Positions 47,225 to 56,236 of a stretch of 64,000 nt of DNA are shown in pieces; position 1 is the first letter of the stretch; each line of letters starts with the position of its first letter. The notes under the pieces were generated by a model that did not search any database, was not told where the DNA came from, and worked only from the letters and a program-made list of their open reading frames with translations. Source of the DNA: a virus. The stretch is taken from positions 1-64,000 of IMG/VR virus record IMGVR_UViG_3300024054_000015; one strand, 5' to 3'. Both the position numbers and the translations under genes were made by a program.

Positions 47225-48134
47225 AATACAGGAGCAGTTGATTGTCTATGTCCCCACTAGGGGAAGAGCTCGCAAGCAGACAACCCTCAAGCAGTTTGAC
47301 CTCTATAAAAGGCCAGACGTGTTTGTAGTGGTTCCAGAGTGTGAACGCAGGTTGTGGACTAGGGATGTGCTGGTAGTTCCAGACGACTACAAGTTTTCTG
47401 ACATTCGGCAGTTCATCCTTAACTGTCCTGGGAAGTACCATCTGGTGTTGGATGACGACCTAAGACCCGCGGTCAGAAGGATCGACGATCCAACTAAGTT
47501 CACCAACCTAGAGGTTATGGACAGGGCTTCTAGGGCAGACCATATTGACCAACTGTTTGATACGATACTGTCGTTACTCCAAGAGGGATGGGTGCATGGA
47601 GGCATTGCGGCTCGGCAAGGGGCCAACAACGACACCAATCAGTATCAGTTCTGTAGTCGGGTGGTAAGAGCCCACTTCTACAACGCAGAGATTGTGAAGA
47701 GTCTAGGACACGACTTTCGGCAGTTCGTTATTAAGCAGGACTATGACTTCATCCTGTCCATGCTGTGTAAGGGGATCCCTAACATAGTGATAAACGAATA
47801 TGTCCAGGATCAGGTTGGCAGTAACACTTCAGGAGGTTGCTCCAGGTATAGGACAAGCTCGGTGCTAGAGGAAGGAGCTAATCTACTACACCAGAAGTAT
47901 CCAGACTTCGTAAAGGTGGTGCATAAGCACCCCAAGACTTCCTGGGGAGGAAAGCCTAGAGTGGATGTAGTGATCCAGTGGAAGAAAGCCTATAAGGAGG
48001 GGTTAGAGTATGCCCGTCATTTACAGAGAAAGAATCCGGCCTCCATGGACAATAAAGATAGAGCAATCGCGCGGTTGCAACCTCTCATGCAAGTTCTGTC
48101 CAATAAACTACTTGAAGGAAATCAACCAAAGTAG
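47217..48134 (+). CDS. TAGT/GREB1/JGT-like DNA glycosyltransferase
   Basis: VPTRGR, RQFIL, VLDDD, QDYDF, GGCSRYRT, QWKKAY. Confidence 0.75.
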   Translation: MPRIQEQLIVYVPTRGRARKQTTLKQFDLYKRPDVFVVVPECERRLWTRDVLVVPDDYKFSDIRQFILNCPGKYHLVLDDDLRPAVRRIDDPTKFTNLEVMDRASRADHIDQLFDTILSLLQEGWVHGGIAARQGANNDTNQYQFCSRVVRAHFYNAEIVKSLGHDFRQFVIKQDYDFILSMLCKGIPNIVINEYVQDQVGSNTSGGCSRYRTSSVLEEGANLLHQKYPDFVKVVHKHPKTSWGGKPRVDVVIQWKKAYKEGLEYARHLQRKNPASMDNKDRAIARLQPLMQVLSNKLLEGNQPK

Positions 48135-48906
48135 GAAGTTCCTAAGCCCCTCAATGTGTAGGATTATTACTCGGCAGGCAGTGGAGCTAAAGCCCAACCT
48201 GAGAGTGGAACTGACCCTTAGAGGGGAGCCTACTCTAAACCCGCACATTCTGGAGAACCTCTCCATTATTAGAGAGGAGGCGCCTGAGTTCCAGATAAGT
48301 CTGTTCACCAATGGGGTGAAGACCTTTGGTGATCCGTCCCTGATCGTAGCGTTGCTGGATGCAGGTGTGAACATCCTGTGCATCGATTGCTACAACAATA
48401 CCTACCAGAGATTTCTCGAAGCTGCCAAGAGAACCAAGGAGCAGGTCGTGGACTTCAGGGAGTTCTCTGCCTACAAGAGATACAGGAACGGTCATAGGCT
48501 ACGGGTTATCAACCTAGTACCCGACATCCAGGAGGGATCTGTAGACGTCAGGAAGATCCACAATAACGCTGGAAACGTGGACCCCGAGTACCTGTCTAAA
48601 CTTGAGGGCTACGTTAAGCAAGCCCTACCATTGGCCCGAGGATGCTCTAGACCATTCACTGAGGTTGTGGTCTACTACAATGGGGATGTTCCAATCTGCT
48701 GTAGTGATTGGAAGGCTGAGTATGTCCTAGGTAATGTTATGGACCAAGACCTATCGGACATCTGGTATGGTAAGAGACACTACGAAGCCTTGGTGAAGCT
48801 TCACATGTCTAGGGCAGATAGAAGTCTACCTCCATGTGCCAAGTGTGACTACCACGGTGGGTATCGTCTTGGACTTCTGCAAGATCCAATAAAAAACCCC
48901 CGCTGA
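48010..48906 (+). CDS. Radical SAM/SPASM protein
   Basis: CNLSCKFC, GEPTL, CSRPF..GDVPICC.DW..LGN..CAKC. Confidence 0.9.
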   Translation: MPVIYRERIRPPWTIKIEQSRGCNLSCKFCPINYLKEINQSRKFLSPSMCRIITRQAVELKPNLRVELTLRGEPTLNPHILENLSIIREEAPEFQISLFTNGVKTFGDPSLIVALLDAGVNILCIDCYNNTYQRFLEAAKRTKEQVVDFREFSAYKRYRNGHRLRVINLVPDIQEGSVDVRKIHNNAGNVDPEYLSKLEGYVKQALPLARGCSRPFTEVVVYYNGDVPICCSDWKAEYVLGNVMDQDLSDIWYGKRHYEALVKLHMSRADRSLPPCAKCDYHGGYRLGLLQDPIKNPR

Positions 48907-48929
48907 ACACCGTTCAACGAGGGTTGTTT
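48892..48929. terminator. Bidirectional terminator candidate
   Basis: A-run, imperfect hairpin and T-rich tail between convergent genes. Confidence 0.5.
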
Positions 48930-48950
48930 GTGTTGATCGTAGTTGCCGTG

Positions 48951-49271
48951 TTAGCTCTTTGATTCCTTCAGGGCTTTTTCCAGGGCTTTTCGACCAACGG
49001 GTGTAATCTTGAATCTCTTGCCACGCTTGCCTTCCTCGGCCACCAGTTCCTGTAGATATCCTTTCTCCACAAGCTCGGGCAGTCGGCGTCCCTTGTCGAT
49101 CCCGGTCGAGGAACTGATCTCAGCGGCAGTCAACACGCTACCACTCTTCAGCGAGTCCAACACCTTCATCATGTTGGGAGTAAGATCCTTTGGCTCCCGA
49201 GGGGTTTGCTCCTTCTTCTCCTCCTTGGCGACCTTTCCCTTCTTCACTGGAAGTTCTGCTGTCTTGGGCAT
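48951..49271 (-). CDS. Winged-helix protein (paralog of the C-terminus of ORF 28809)
   Basis: LTPNMMKVL...TAAEISSSTGI...GKRFKITPVGRK; AAGGAG RBS. Confidence 0.75.
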   Translation of the reverse strand: MPKTAELPVKKGKVAKEEKKEQTPREPKDLTPNMMKVLDSLKSGSVLTAAEISSSTGIDKGRRLPELVEKGYLQELVAEEGKRGKRFKITPVGRKALEKALKESKS

Positions 49272-49317
49272 CAAATGCTCCTTTAGAAATGTAACCAACA
49301 AAACACCACTACCTTGC

Positions 49318-49345
49318 ATTGTAGGGTATAATGAAGTATTGGCAA
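49318..49345 (-). promoter_or_regulatory. Sigma70-type promoter
   Basis: TTGCCA-16-TACAAT on minus strand; overlapping plus-strand TATAAT at 49327. Confidence 0.55.
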
Positions 49346-49411
49346 GTCCTAGCTGAAAAATTTGTTCAAATAGTTGCAACTCGTGTTCCCACTCTCACTT
49401 AGGAGCAGACA

Positions 49412-50458
49412 ATGCACCTGTCTTACATGAATGTGAACGCCGCTTTCAACGACTTGGTGTGCAAGTTCCACTACAGTGAAATCCCCATAACTGTAGCCCC
49501 TAGTAGGAATGGGGACGTGATCATGGCGACCCAGCCCATGACCATCACCTACCTGAACCCCAAGCAAAGAGTCTTGTTTAACGAGGCTCGGGATTGCAAC
49601 CCATTCTTTCATCTGTTTGAGTCCTTGTGGATACTGGCTGGCAGGGATGACGTCGCTCCTCTGAAGTATTTTGTGTCTACGATTAATGAGTTCTCTGACA
49701 CAGGTTTCACGTTCAATGGTGCCTATGGTCAGAGATTGAGGTACTTCCATAGGATTGATCAGATTAAAGAGGCCATTGCCCAACTGAAGCACAACCCAAA
49801 CTCTAGAAGGGTAGTGCTACAGATGTGGACTCTCTCAGACATGATGAAAGCTGACAACAGACATGGAACCATGTCCAAGGACGTTCCATGCAACACACAT
49901 GCCTACGTCTCTATCAACCCACTTGGCCTAGAACTAACTGTCTGTAACCGAAGCAACGACATGATCTGGGGAATGCTGGGAGCCAATGTCGTACACTTCT
50001 CTTTCCTTCAGGAATACTTGGCGGCTTGTATAGGAGTTCCGGTCAACGTCTACAATCAGTTCACTAACAACCTACACGTTTACCGAAGCAACTGGAAGCC
50101 AGATGAATGGTTGAGTGACCGGACCGAGGATCTGTATAGTATGCCACGCGTCTTGAGAGCAGTGCCCTTAGTAAAAGACGTAGAGAGGTTCAACTACGAG
50201 TGTGCAGAGTTCATAGACCTAAAGGAGGATGGAGTCTATCAGGAACCATTTCTTAACGACGTAGCTGTCTGGGCTTGCTTGGGGTACAGACACCATAAGA
50301 ACCGGGAGTACCCTCGAGCTCTGGAAGCTGTGTCCAGGATAGAGTCTGATGATTGGAGAGTTGCTTGTCGTAGGTGGTTGGAACGAAGGTCAGTAGCTTG
50401 GAGGAAGAAGAATGGAGATGTCGAAAGAGCCGAGAGTTGTGATAACGCTGAGGCTTAG
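49412..50458 (+). CDS. Thymidylate synthase homolog, probably dUMP hydroxymethylase
   Basis: GAYGQR, SRRVV, DVPCN, RSNDMIWG..GAN (Asn indicates uracil specificity), NLHVY. Confidence 0.85.
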   Translation: MHLSYMNVNAAFNDLVCKFHYSEIPITVAPSRNGDVIMATQPMTITYLNPKQRVLFNEARDCNPFFHLFESLWILAGRDDVAPLKYFVSTINEFSDTGFTFNGAYGQRLRYFHRIDQIKEAIAQLKHNPNSRRVVLQMWTLSDMMKADNRHGTMSKDVPCNTHAYVSINPLGLELTVCNRSNDMIWGMLGANVVHFSFLQEYLAACIGVPVNVYNQFTNNLHVYRSNWKPDEWLSDRTEDLYSMPRVLRAVPLVKDVERFNYECAEFIDLKEDGVYQEPFLNDVAVWACLGYRHHKNREYPRALEAVSRIESDDWRVACRRWLERRSVAWRKKNGDVERAESCDNAEA

Positions 50459-50690
50459 TAAGCTCGAGAGGGACAAGTTGATTGACAAGGCTAACAAGAT
50501 GGGCATTAGCCTGAACGAGTACCTGAGGTTTAGATTAGGATTCCCCCTAAATGAAAAGAGTACCAAGATCATCAGCGCTCCAAACCCCTATCTCATCAAC
50601 GAACTTTCCAGATCTATCGCTACCGAACTTGCCAGACAGGAGGCCAGTCCTAACAAAGCAGGACTTTGCCCGCCGGTATCGTTCGGGTGA
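50412..50690 (+). CDS. Ribbon-helix-helix protein
   Basis: ITLRLS...KANKMGISLNEYLR. Confidence 0.65.
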   Translation: MEMSKEPRVVITLRLSKLERDKLIDKANKMGISLNEYLRFRLGFPLNEKSTKIISAPNPYLINELSRSIATELARQEASPNKAGLCPPVSFG

Positions 50691-51174
50691 GTTCGGCAAT
50701 GCCGCCCCTACGTGGGATTGCAGTATCGAGCTACTCCGTTCTGGCTATCTAGATCCAGTACATCTACGCTGTAGGGAGTCTAGTGGAGCAACCTTCTACA
50801 ACCTGGAGCCTTCAGAAGCTCTACGCATGTGGAAGGCAATGCCCTTCCCAGAGATGTACTACTGCTCGGCAATGGCTCCACATGGTAGGGGAACCATCCA
50901 AGGCGAAGTACAGCAAACAGAAAGGGGTTTGTCACTGTTGGCCTTTAGTGCCGACATAACTATGCGGGATGCTATGGCAAGGCGTGGTGTGGAGCTACAT
51001 GGCATCCTTGCCGTCCACTTACTGAAGATGAACATGTGTCCTAAGAGCTATGACTGGCTTCAGTTCCTACTGGAGGCCTATCCACTTCATGTTGTGGAGT
51101 TCACTTGCTTTGATTGTAATTGGGGTACGTTACCTGGATTCAACACCGTCTTTTGGGAGGTCCGCCTGTATTAG
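50551..51174 (+). CDS. Hypothetical protein
   Basis: 207 aa; GEFGN...HVVEF...WEVRLY. Confidence 0.6.
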   Translation: MKRVPRSSALQTPISSTNFPDLSLPNLPDRRPVLTKQDFARRYRSGEFGNAAPTWDCSIELLRSGYLDPVHLRCRESSGATFYNLEPSEALRMWKAMPFPEMYYCSAMAPHGRGTIQGEVQQTERGLSLLAFSADITMRDAMARRGVELHGILAVHLLKMNMCPKSYDWLQFLLEAYPLHVVEFTCFDCNWGTLPGFNTVFWEVRLY

Positions 51175-51183
51175 GAGTTCTAA

Positions 51184-51729
51184 ATGCCGTTTACACAGAA
51201 AATTTTAGACAGATTCTGGTCCAAGGTAGATAAGAAAGGTCCTATCCATACAGCCTATGGGAAATGTTGGACCTGGAGTAGTGCAATTAACAATAAAGGA
51301 TACGGTGTGTTTAGCCTACGTAGAGGTAGAAATTCCTACTCTCACAGGCTATCTTGGAGGATTCATTATGGTAAGATTCCGGACGGGATGTGTGTACTTC
51401 ACAAGTGCGACAACCCAAGATGTGTAAATCCAAGCCATTTATTTCTTGGATCTCACAAGGACAACACGCAGGACATGATTAGAAAGGGAAGGAGAGGATA
51501 CACTGGAGTATCTGGAGACTCAAATCCTTCCAGGACTCATCCAGAGTGTTTAGCTAGAGGCTCTAGTCATGGAATGGCAAAGCTATCAGAAGGTCAAGTT
51601 TTAGAAATTCTTAAACTTAGAAAGGTTGGGTATACGCAGGCCAGATTAGGAAAGATGTTTGGTGTTAGCAGGGAGCAGATTAAGAATATTGTCAACAATA
51701 AGCAGTGGAGACATGTCGTATGTCAATGA
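51184..51729 (+). CDS. HNH endonuclease
   Basis: RFWSKVDK, CWTW, VLHKCDNPRCVNPSHL; related to ORF 34899. Confidence 0.9.
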   Translation: MPFTQKILDRFWSKVDKKGPIHTAYGKCWTWSSAINNKGYGVFSLRRGRNSYSHRLSWRIHYGKIPDGMCVLHKCDNPRCVNPSHLFLGSHKDNTQDMIRKGRRGYTGVSGDSNPSRTHPECLARGSSHGMAKLSEGQVLEILKLRKVGYTQARLGKMFGVSREQIKNIVNNKQWRHVVCQ

Positions 51730-52337
51730 CTCTAAAAGAGTATCAACAGTTAGCTCTACGAACGGAATGTGATCAAAATCGCAGTCTTAACAACATTGTT
51801 CATCATCAGCCTCCACTTATTACTGTTAGGGCGCTACACAGTGTGATTGGAATGTCTGGAGAAGTAGGTGAATTATCTGGGTCCATAGAGAAATGGATCT
51901 ACTATGGACAACCCTTGGATGTTTTGAATATCAAAGAGGAGATAGGAGACCTACTATGGTATGTGAATCAGTTATGCAGCGTGTTACATCTGGACCTAGG
52001 ACAGATCATGGAGGCCAACATTGCCAAGCTGAGACAACGCTATCCCCAGAAGTTCGAGGAAGTCTTAGCCAAGGAAGAGAACCGCGACCGTGCTGCTGAG
52101 GCGGAGTGTGTAGCCTGTAGCACAGGTGGAAACATGAACTGTTCGGAGGAAGTCACGGAGAGTGGATCCGACTTCATCAAGCATCAAATGCTGAATAAGC
52201 CTAGGACTGCTCTCTGCCCTCATTGTGGTGGGCATCTGAATAGACAGGCTTGTAACAGGGCTGCTGAGGGTGGTAGGTCCGTAGCGTGCCCAGACTGCTT
52301 GAAATCGTTTTCCGTTAAGGAGATCAGATACGCATGA
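51726..52337 (+). CDS. MazG-like nucleotide pyrophosphohydrolase with C-terminal Zn ribbon
   Basis: GEVGEL...KEEIGDLLWY...NIAKLRQRYP. Confidence 0.85.
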   Translation: MTLKEYQQLALRTECDQNRSLNNIVHHQPPLITVRALHSVIGMSGEVGELSGSIEKWIYYGQPLDVLNIKEEIGDLLWYVNQLCSVLHLDLGQIMEANIAKLRQRYPQKFEEVLAKEENRDRAAEAECVACSTGGNMNCSEEVTESGSDFIKHQMLNKPRTALCPHCGGHLNRQACNRAAEGGRSVACPDCLKSFSVKEIRYA

Positions 52338-53227
52338 CAGAGGATCTGCCAGCAAAGATAAGACCTTTTGTGTTTCATGGACTGACTTTATCAAAGAGAA
52401 ACAACGAGTACGTAGGAGCCTGCCCCTTTTGTGATAAGGAGAAGTTCTCGGTCAACTGTATCACAGGACTCTGGAAGTGTTGGTACTGCGCCACTGGTAG
52501 CGAGAAGGCCGGAGGCAACATTAGCACTTTCATCCAGAAGTTTCATGGGATGTGCATGGAAGCCACTAAGCCCAGCGAGTATTCCAAACTAGCTGAGGAC
52601 CGTAGCTTTGTGGATGGCATGGCTGTAGTGGAATGGCAGTTGGCTCTATCAACCACTACGGGCGATTGGCTAGTCCCAGGGTACAACCATCAGCGAACGC
52701 TGTGTTCCCTGTATCGCTACATCCACCAGAGAGATGGTGGCTATAGGCTGATCCCTACTCCCACACTAGGTCATCACATTCATGGGATGAACTTATGGGT
52801 CAAGAGCAAGCCTGTAGTCTACATCTGTGAAGGGCCTTGGGATGCCATCGCCTTATGGGAATGCTTGATTGCTGCTAAGAACTCTTCCAATGGTCTAGCT
52901 CTCACTGCCAGCAGAGAGTCTAGCCTAGCTTCTCAAGCTAACGTGATAGCTGTTCCTGGATGTGAGGTATTCTACGAGCCGTGGCTATCTCTGTTCGAGG
53001 GCAAGATCGTTAACCTGATGTACGATAGCGATCATCCTCGTAAGCATCCGAATACAGGACACATCACAGAGGGTGCTGGCTACAGAGCCATGAAGAGGAT
53101 CACGGAGTTGTTCTCTAAGTCTAAACATCAACCAGAGGAGTTGAATTACTTATGTTGGGGTCCAGAGGGTTACGATCCCAAGAGAAAGTCTGGGTTCGAC
53201 GTTAGGGACTTCATCGTTAGGGGATAG
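52334..53227 (+). CDS. DNA primase (Zn finger plus TOPRIM)
   Basis: CPFC...CWYC; ICEGPWDAIA; YDSD; DVRD. Confidence 0.8.
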   Translation: MTEDLPAKIRPFVFHGLTLSKRNNEYVGACPFCDKEKFSVNCITGLWKCWYCATGSEKAGGNISTFIQKFHGMCMEATKPSEYSKLAEDRSFVDGMAVVEWQLALSTTTGDWLVPGYNHQRTLCSLYRYIHQRDGGYRLIPTPTLGHHIHGMNLWVKSKPVVYICEGPWDAIALWECLIAAKNSSNGLALTASRESSLASQANVIAVPGCEVFYEPWLSLFEGKIVNLMYDSDHPRKHPNTGHITEGAGYRAMKRITELFSKSKHQPEELNYLCWGPEGYDPKRKSGFDVRDFIVRG

Positions 53228-53229
53228 AT

Positions 53230-54606
53230 ATGCCGAGATTGCCAGCACTTGAAGAGCCCTTACAGCCTGCCACCCAAACAAGCCCAGCAAGGCCCCTACA
53301 AGCCCGTTTAACGCATTTGCGGGCTTTATTGGGGTTGGTGCAGCCTGTACCGCGCGCGTGGCTTGTAGGGGCTGCTAGGGGCCTTAAAAGCCATGCCACT
53401 AGTTCGGGGGGTGAAGAAACTACCATTAGACTTAAATCCTGCGAGTCGTATCAAGATCTCGTGAAGGCTTGGCGTAAGGCCCTCAAGTGGTCTCCAGGTC
53501 TTGATAACACGTTAGCAGTGATGTTAGCCTCGAGCTTCTCTACACAGTTCGTTGGAGAGCAGTTGTGGCTTAAAGTCATCGGGCCTCCTAGTTGTGGAAA
53601 GACAACCCTAATGGAAGGGTTAGCCACTGCTAGGAAGTGGTATTTGAGTAAAGATACCATACGAGGCTTTCATAGTGGTTGGAAGCGTGAGGACAATGCA
53701 GACGTATCGTTAGCCGATATGGTCAAGGGAATGACATTAGGGACTAAGGATGGCGATACACTCCTCAAGGCTCCCAACCTCAAACAGATACTAGCCGAGG
53801 CTCGAGCTCTCTACGATCGTGTATCCAGAACCAACTACCGCAACGATACCAATCGTGAGTACCAAGGTCATCGCATGACTTGGCACCTAGCAGGCACTAA
53901 CGCTCTTAGGGAGATCGACGACTCAGAGCTTGGTGTAAGGTTTCTGGACGTAGTGGTAATGGATAAGATTGATGACGAGTTCGAGTACGAGGTCTGCTGG
54001 AGGGCTGTCAACCAAGAGATGATCAACATGCGTCATCTCTCTGACGGAAAACCCGAAACGCAGTATCCTGAGGATTTGGCTAATGCAATGGCCCTTTCTG
54101 GAGGATATCTCGACTTCCTCAGGACTAATGCTGTGGAGCTAGCTCGTAGTCTAGAGTTGTCTGATGAAAGCGTCGTTAATCGCTGTATTCAGCTAGGGAT
54201 CTTCACAGCCTTTATGCGTGCTAGATCTGGTGCTAACTCCGAGGAAGCTACTCGTGAGTTTGGCCCTAGACTAACGACACAGTTAGGGCGATTGGCTACA
54301 GGATTAGCCTGTGTCTTCAACAAGCCTAGAGTTGATGATGAGGTCATGCACAAGACTTGGCAAGTCGCTATGCACACATCCAGAGGGCCTACGTTAGAGC
54401 TCGTGAAGGTTCTACACAAGATCCCTCAAGGGATAGAAGTGCGTGGTTTAGCAGCCCTAATGCGTGCTAATGATGACAAGCTGCGCGCGCAGTTAAGATT
54501 CTTGCGAGCTATTGGTGTAGTGGAAACTGATGTGAACTTTAAGCGTTGGCGTATAACTCCCAAGCTATCCAAGCTCTATGAGGCTGTCAATGCCCAGAGA
54601 TCCTAA
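53230..54606 (+). CDS. Replicative helicase-like AAA+ ATPase
   Basis: GPPSCGKTT; follows primase; C-terminal wHTH-like region. Confidence 0.7.
   Translation: MPRLPALEEPLQPATQTSPARPLQARLTHLRALLGLVQPVPRAWLVGAARGLKSHATSSGGEETTIRLKSCESYQDLVKAWRKALKWSPGLDNTLAVMLASSFSTQFVGEQLWLKVIGPPSCGKTTLMEGLATARKWYLSKDTIRGFHSGWKREDNADVSLADMVKGMTLGTKDGDTLLKAPNLKQILAEARALYDRVSRTNYRNDTNREYQGHRMTWHLAGTNALREIDDSELGVRFLDVVVMDKIDDEFEYEVCWRAVNQEMINMRHLSDGKPETQYPEDLANAMALSGGYLDFLRTNAVELARSLELSDESVVNRCIQLGIFTAFMRARSGANSEEATREFGPRLTTQLGRLATGLACVFNKPRVDDEVMHKTWQVAMHTSRGPTLELVKVLHKIPQGIEVRGLAALMRANDDKLRAQLRFLRAIGVVETDVNFKRWRITPKLSKLYEAVNAQRS
53289..53385. repeat. Dispersed 96-97 bp inverted-repeat element, copy 3
   Basis: AAGGCCCCTAC...CTAGGGGCCTT, 97 bp; lies inside a 150-nt GA/TC-free stretch. 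Confidence 0.75.
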
Positions 54607-54763
54607 CACTTATGGAGAGGTTCTTAAGGAAAGGCTGAGGAATTGGGCATTTCCTGTTTGCATGGATGCTCTTAGGGAAATAGAGCGCTTAGAACGTCTT
54701 TTAAGAGAGAAAGACAGAGAGATAGAAGAGTTAACCTCTAAGCGCAAGTATATTAGATTGTAA
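54590..54763 (+). CDS. Small coiled-coil hypothetical protein
   Basis: EIERLERLL. Confidence 0.5.
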   Translation: MPRDPNTYGEVLKERLRNWAFPVCMDALREIERLERLLREKDREIEELTSKRKYIRL

Positions 54764-54784
54764 TTATATCAAGTGTTTTCGGGC

Positions 54785-54813
54785 TTGCAAGTGACATTTG
54801 TGCGTGGTAAGTT
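54785..54813 (+). promoter_or_regulatory. Sigma70-type promoter
   Basis: TTGCAA-17-TAAGTT with TG extension. Confidence 0.55.
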
Positions 54814-54843
54814 GCACTTGTGGAGACACCCTGGGAGCAGACT

Positions 54844-55404
54844 ATGAACGGATTGGTGTACGATCTGGAGATTGTCAAGGGTATCCCTTTAGGACATAAA
54901 GAAGAGGGTGTGGAGTACTGTGACGGATGGACAGACTATGCTAACATGGGCATCAGTGTTCTCTGTGCCTACGACTTCGTGAGCAAGTCTTTTAGGGTCT
55001 TCTGTCAGGACAACCTTCAGGAGTTCTTTGAGTTAGCAGCCCAAAGGGATCCATTGATTGGGTTCAACTCTGTAGGATTCGATAACAACGTCCTCTCATG
55101 CTTTGGTACTCTTCCAGAGGGTAAGGACTACTACGATATCCTTCAGGAGATCTATCGCACGGTTGGCAAAAGATTCAAGGGTAGTGGTCTTGATGCTATC
55201 TGTACTCTGAATGGGTTGGGTAGCAAGTCTGGAAATGGTGCTCTAGCTCCTGTGCAATGGCAGAGAGGGCAAATTGGTAGTGTCATTGATTACTGCTTGA
55301 GGGATGTAAGGCTTACGAGGGATCTCTTCGTCCTCAGTCAGAAGGCTATCATCAAGACTCCTAAGGGAAACCTCTCGTTGAGGAAGGTTGATGATGCTGA
55401 TTAA
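54844..55404 (+). CDS. DEDD/RNase H-like 3'-5' exonuclease
   Basis: YDLEI, GFNSVGFD, YCLRDV. Confidence 0.8.
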   Translation: MNGLVYDLEIVKGIPLGHKEEGVEYCDGWTDYANMGISVLCAYDFVSKSFRVFCQDNLQEFFELAAQRDPLIGFNSVGFDNNVLSCFGTLPEGKDYYDILQEIYRTVGKRFKGSGLDAICTLNGLGSKSGNGALAPVQWQRGQIGSVIDYCLRDVRLTRDLFVLSQKAIIKTPKGNLSLRKVDDAD

Positions 55405-55966
55405 CCCTTTCACTGGTCAAGTCTTGAATGCTAATCCAGAGGGGCATAACCAGTATTGGAACCCTAATGGACCTTCTGCAGACTTCTCTCTGCCTCTGAA
55501 GCCCTCTATCTCTCCAGGAAGTCTATCGAGGGGGTTGGCTAAGAGAAGGTCTAGGGAGGCTATTCGCCTTCTTAAAGTTGCCTCTAGAGCTCCTGGCACA
55601 AGTCTTGATAAGTTCATGTCTAAAATGACTGGAGTTGACGCTGATAGCCGAGTGGCTGAGGAAGCTAAGGATCAGCTAGAGAGACTTAGGAGTAGTAGAA
55701 AGCCCTCAAAACACGCTCTGGTTGCTAAGAAGCTCAGGGACATCTACGAAAACGAGGAATTCCTCATGGTTGATGAGGCAGATGCCCTAAAGAGACTCTC
55801 CGGCGCAAATCAGAGAGCAGCAGATGCCTATGCCGTGGCTAAGAAGATTAGATCAAGGAGAAACGCCAGTAGTGGTCAATTCGTGAAGAAGAGTGGTGAT
55901 TTGATTCCAGTTCAACCCTTCAATCAACCTTTCTGGACTCCTCGTGAGTACCCTGAACCTGACTAG
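55391..55966 (+). CDS. NPFTGQV-leader protein 1 (putative internal virion protein)
   Basis: MLINPFTGQVLNANPEGHNQY. Confidence 0.65.
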   Translation: MMLINPFTGQVLNANPEGHNQYWNPNGPSADFSLPLKPSISPGSLSRGLAKRRSREAIRLLKVASRAPGTSLDKFMSKMTGVDADSRVAEEAKDQLERLRSSRKPSKHALVAKKLRDIYENEEFLMVDEADALKRLSGANQRAADAYAVAKKIRSRRNASSGQFVKKSGDLIPVQPFNQPFWTPREYPEPD

Positions 55967-55978
55967 TGGAGACCTATC

Positions 55979-56212
55979 ATGACTGAAGGCTGGCAACAAC
56001 GACTCATTGACGAAGCAGAGGACCTCGAGATCAGGATCAAGAAGCTCTCTGAGTTTGCTAACACCGAGGAGTTCAAGAGCCTTGACAGTACTCATCGTGA
56101 TTTCGTGAGGATTCAGCAGTATCACATGGGGTGGTATCTCTGGGCTCTGAAGGCTCGAATCAAGAGACTTTCTGAGCCTGCTCCTCCGGTTATCATTCCG
56201 TTGAATAAATAA
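55979..56212 (+). CDS. crAss001_48-like small protein
   Basis: WQQRLIDE..L..RIKKL..F...Q...M..Y...L..RI pattern. Confidence 0.6.
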   Translation: MTEGWQQRLIDEAEDLEIRIKKLSEFANTEEFKSLDSTHRDFVRIQQYHMGWYLWALKARIKRLSEPAPPVIIPLNK

Positions 56213-56236
56213 TGTCTAGTGGTGGATGGGACAGAA

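Noticed and set aside
43964-52337. 7-deazaguanine (GA-context) modification as the cause of GA/TC avoidance
   Set aside because: No DpdA, FolE, QueC, QueD or clear QueE is recognisable in this window and the enzymes present point to uracil/thymine. The rest of the genome was not seen.
53225-53232. Stop-codon readthrough or recoding joining primase and helicase
   Set aside because: The helicase ORF is in a different frame, and TAA, TAG and TGA all end genes normally across the window.
55594-55610. Third sigma54-like site TGGCACAAGTCTTGA
   Set aside because: It lacks the -12 GC and lies inside a coding region.
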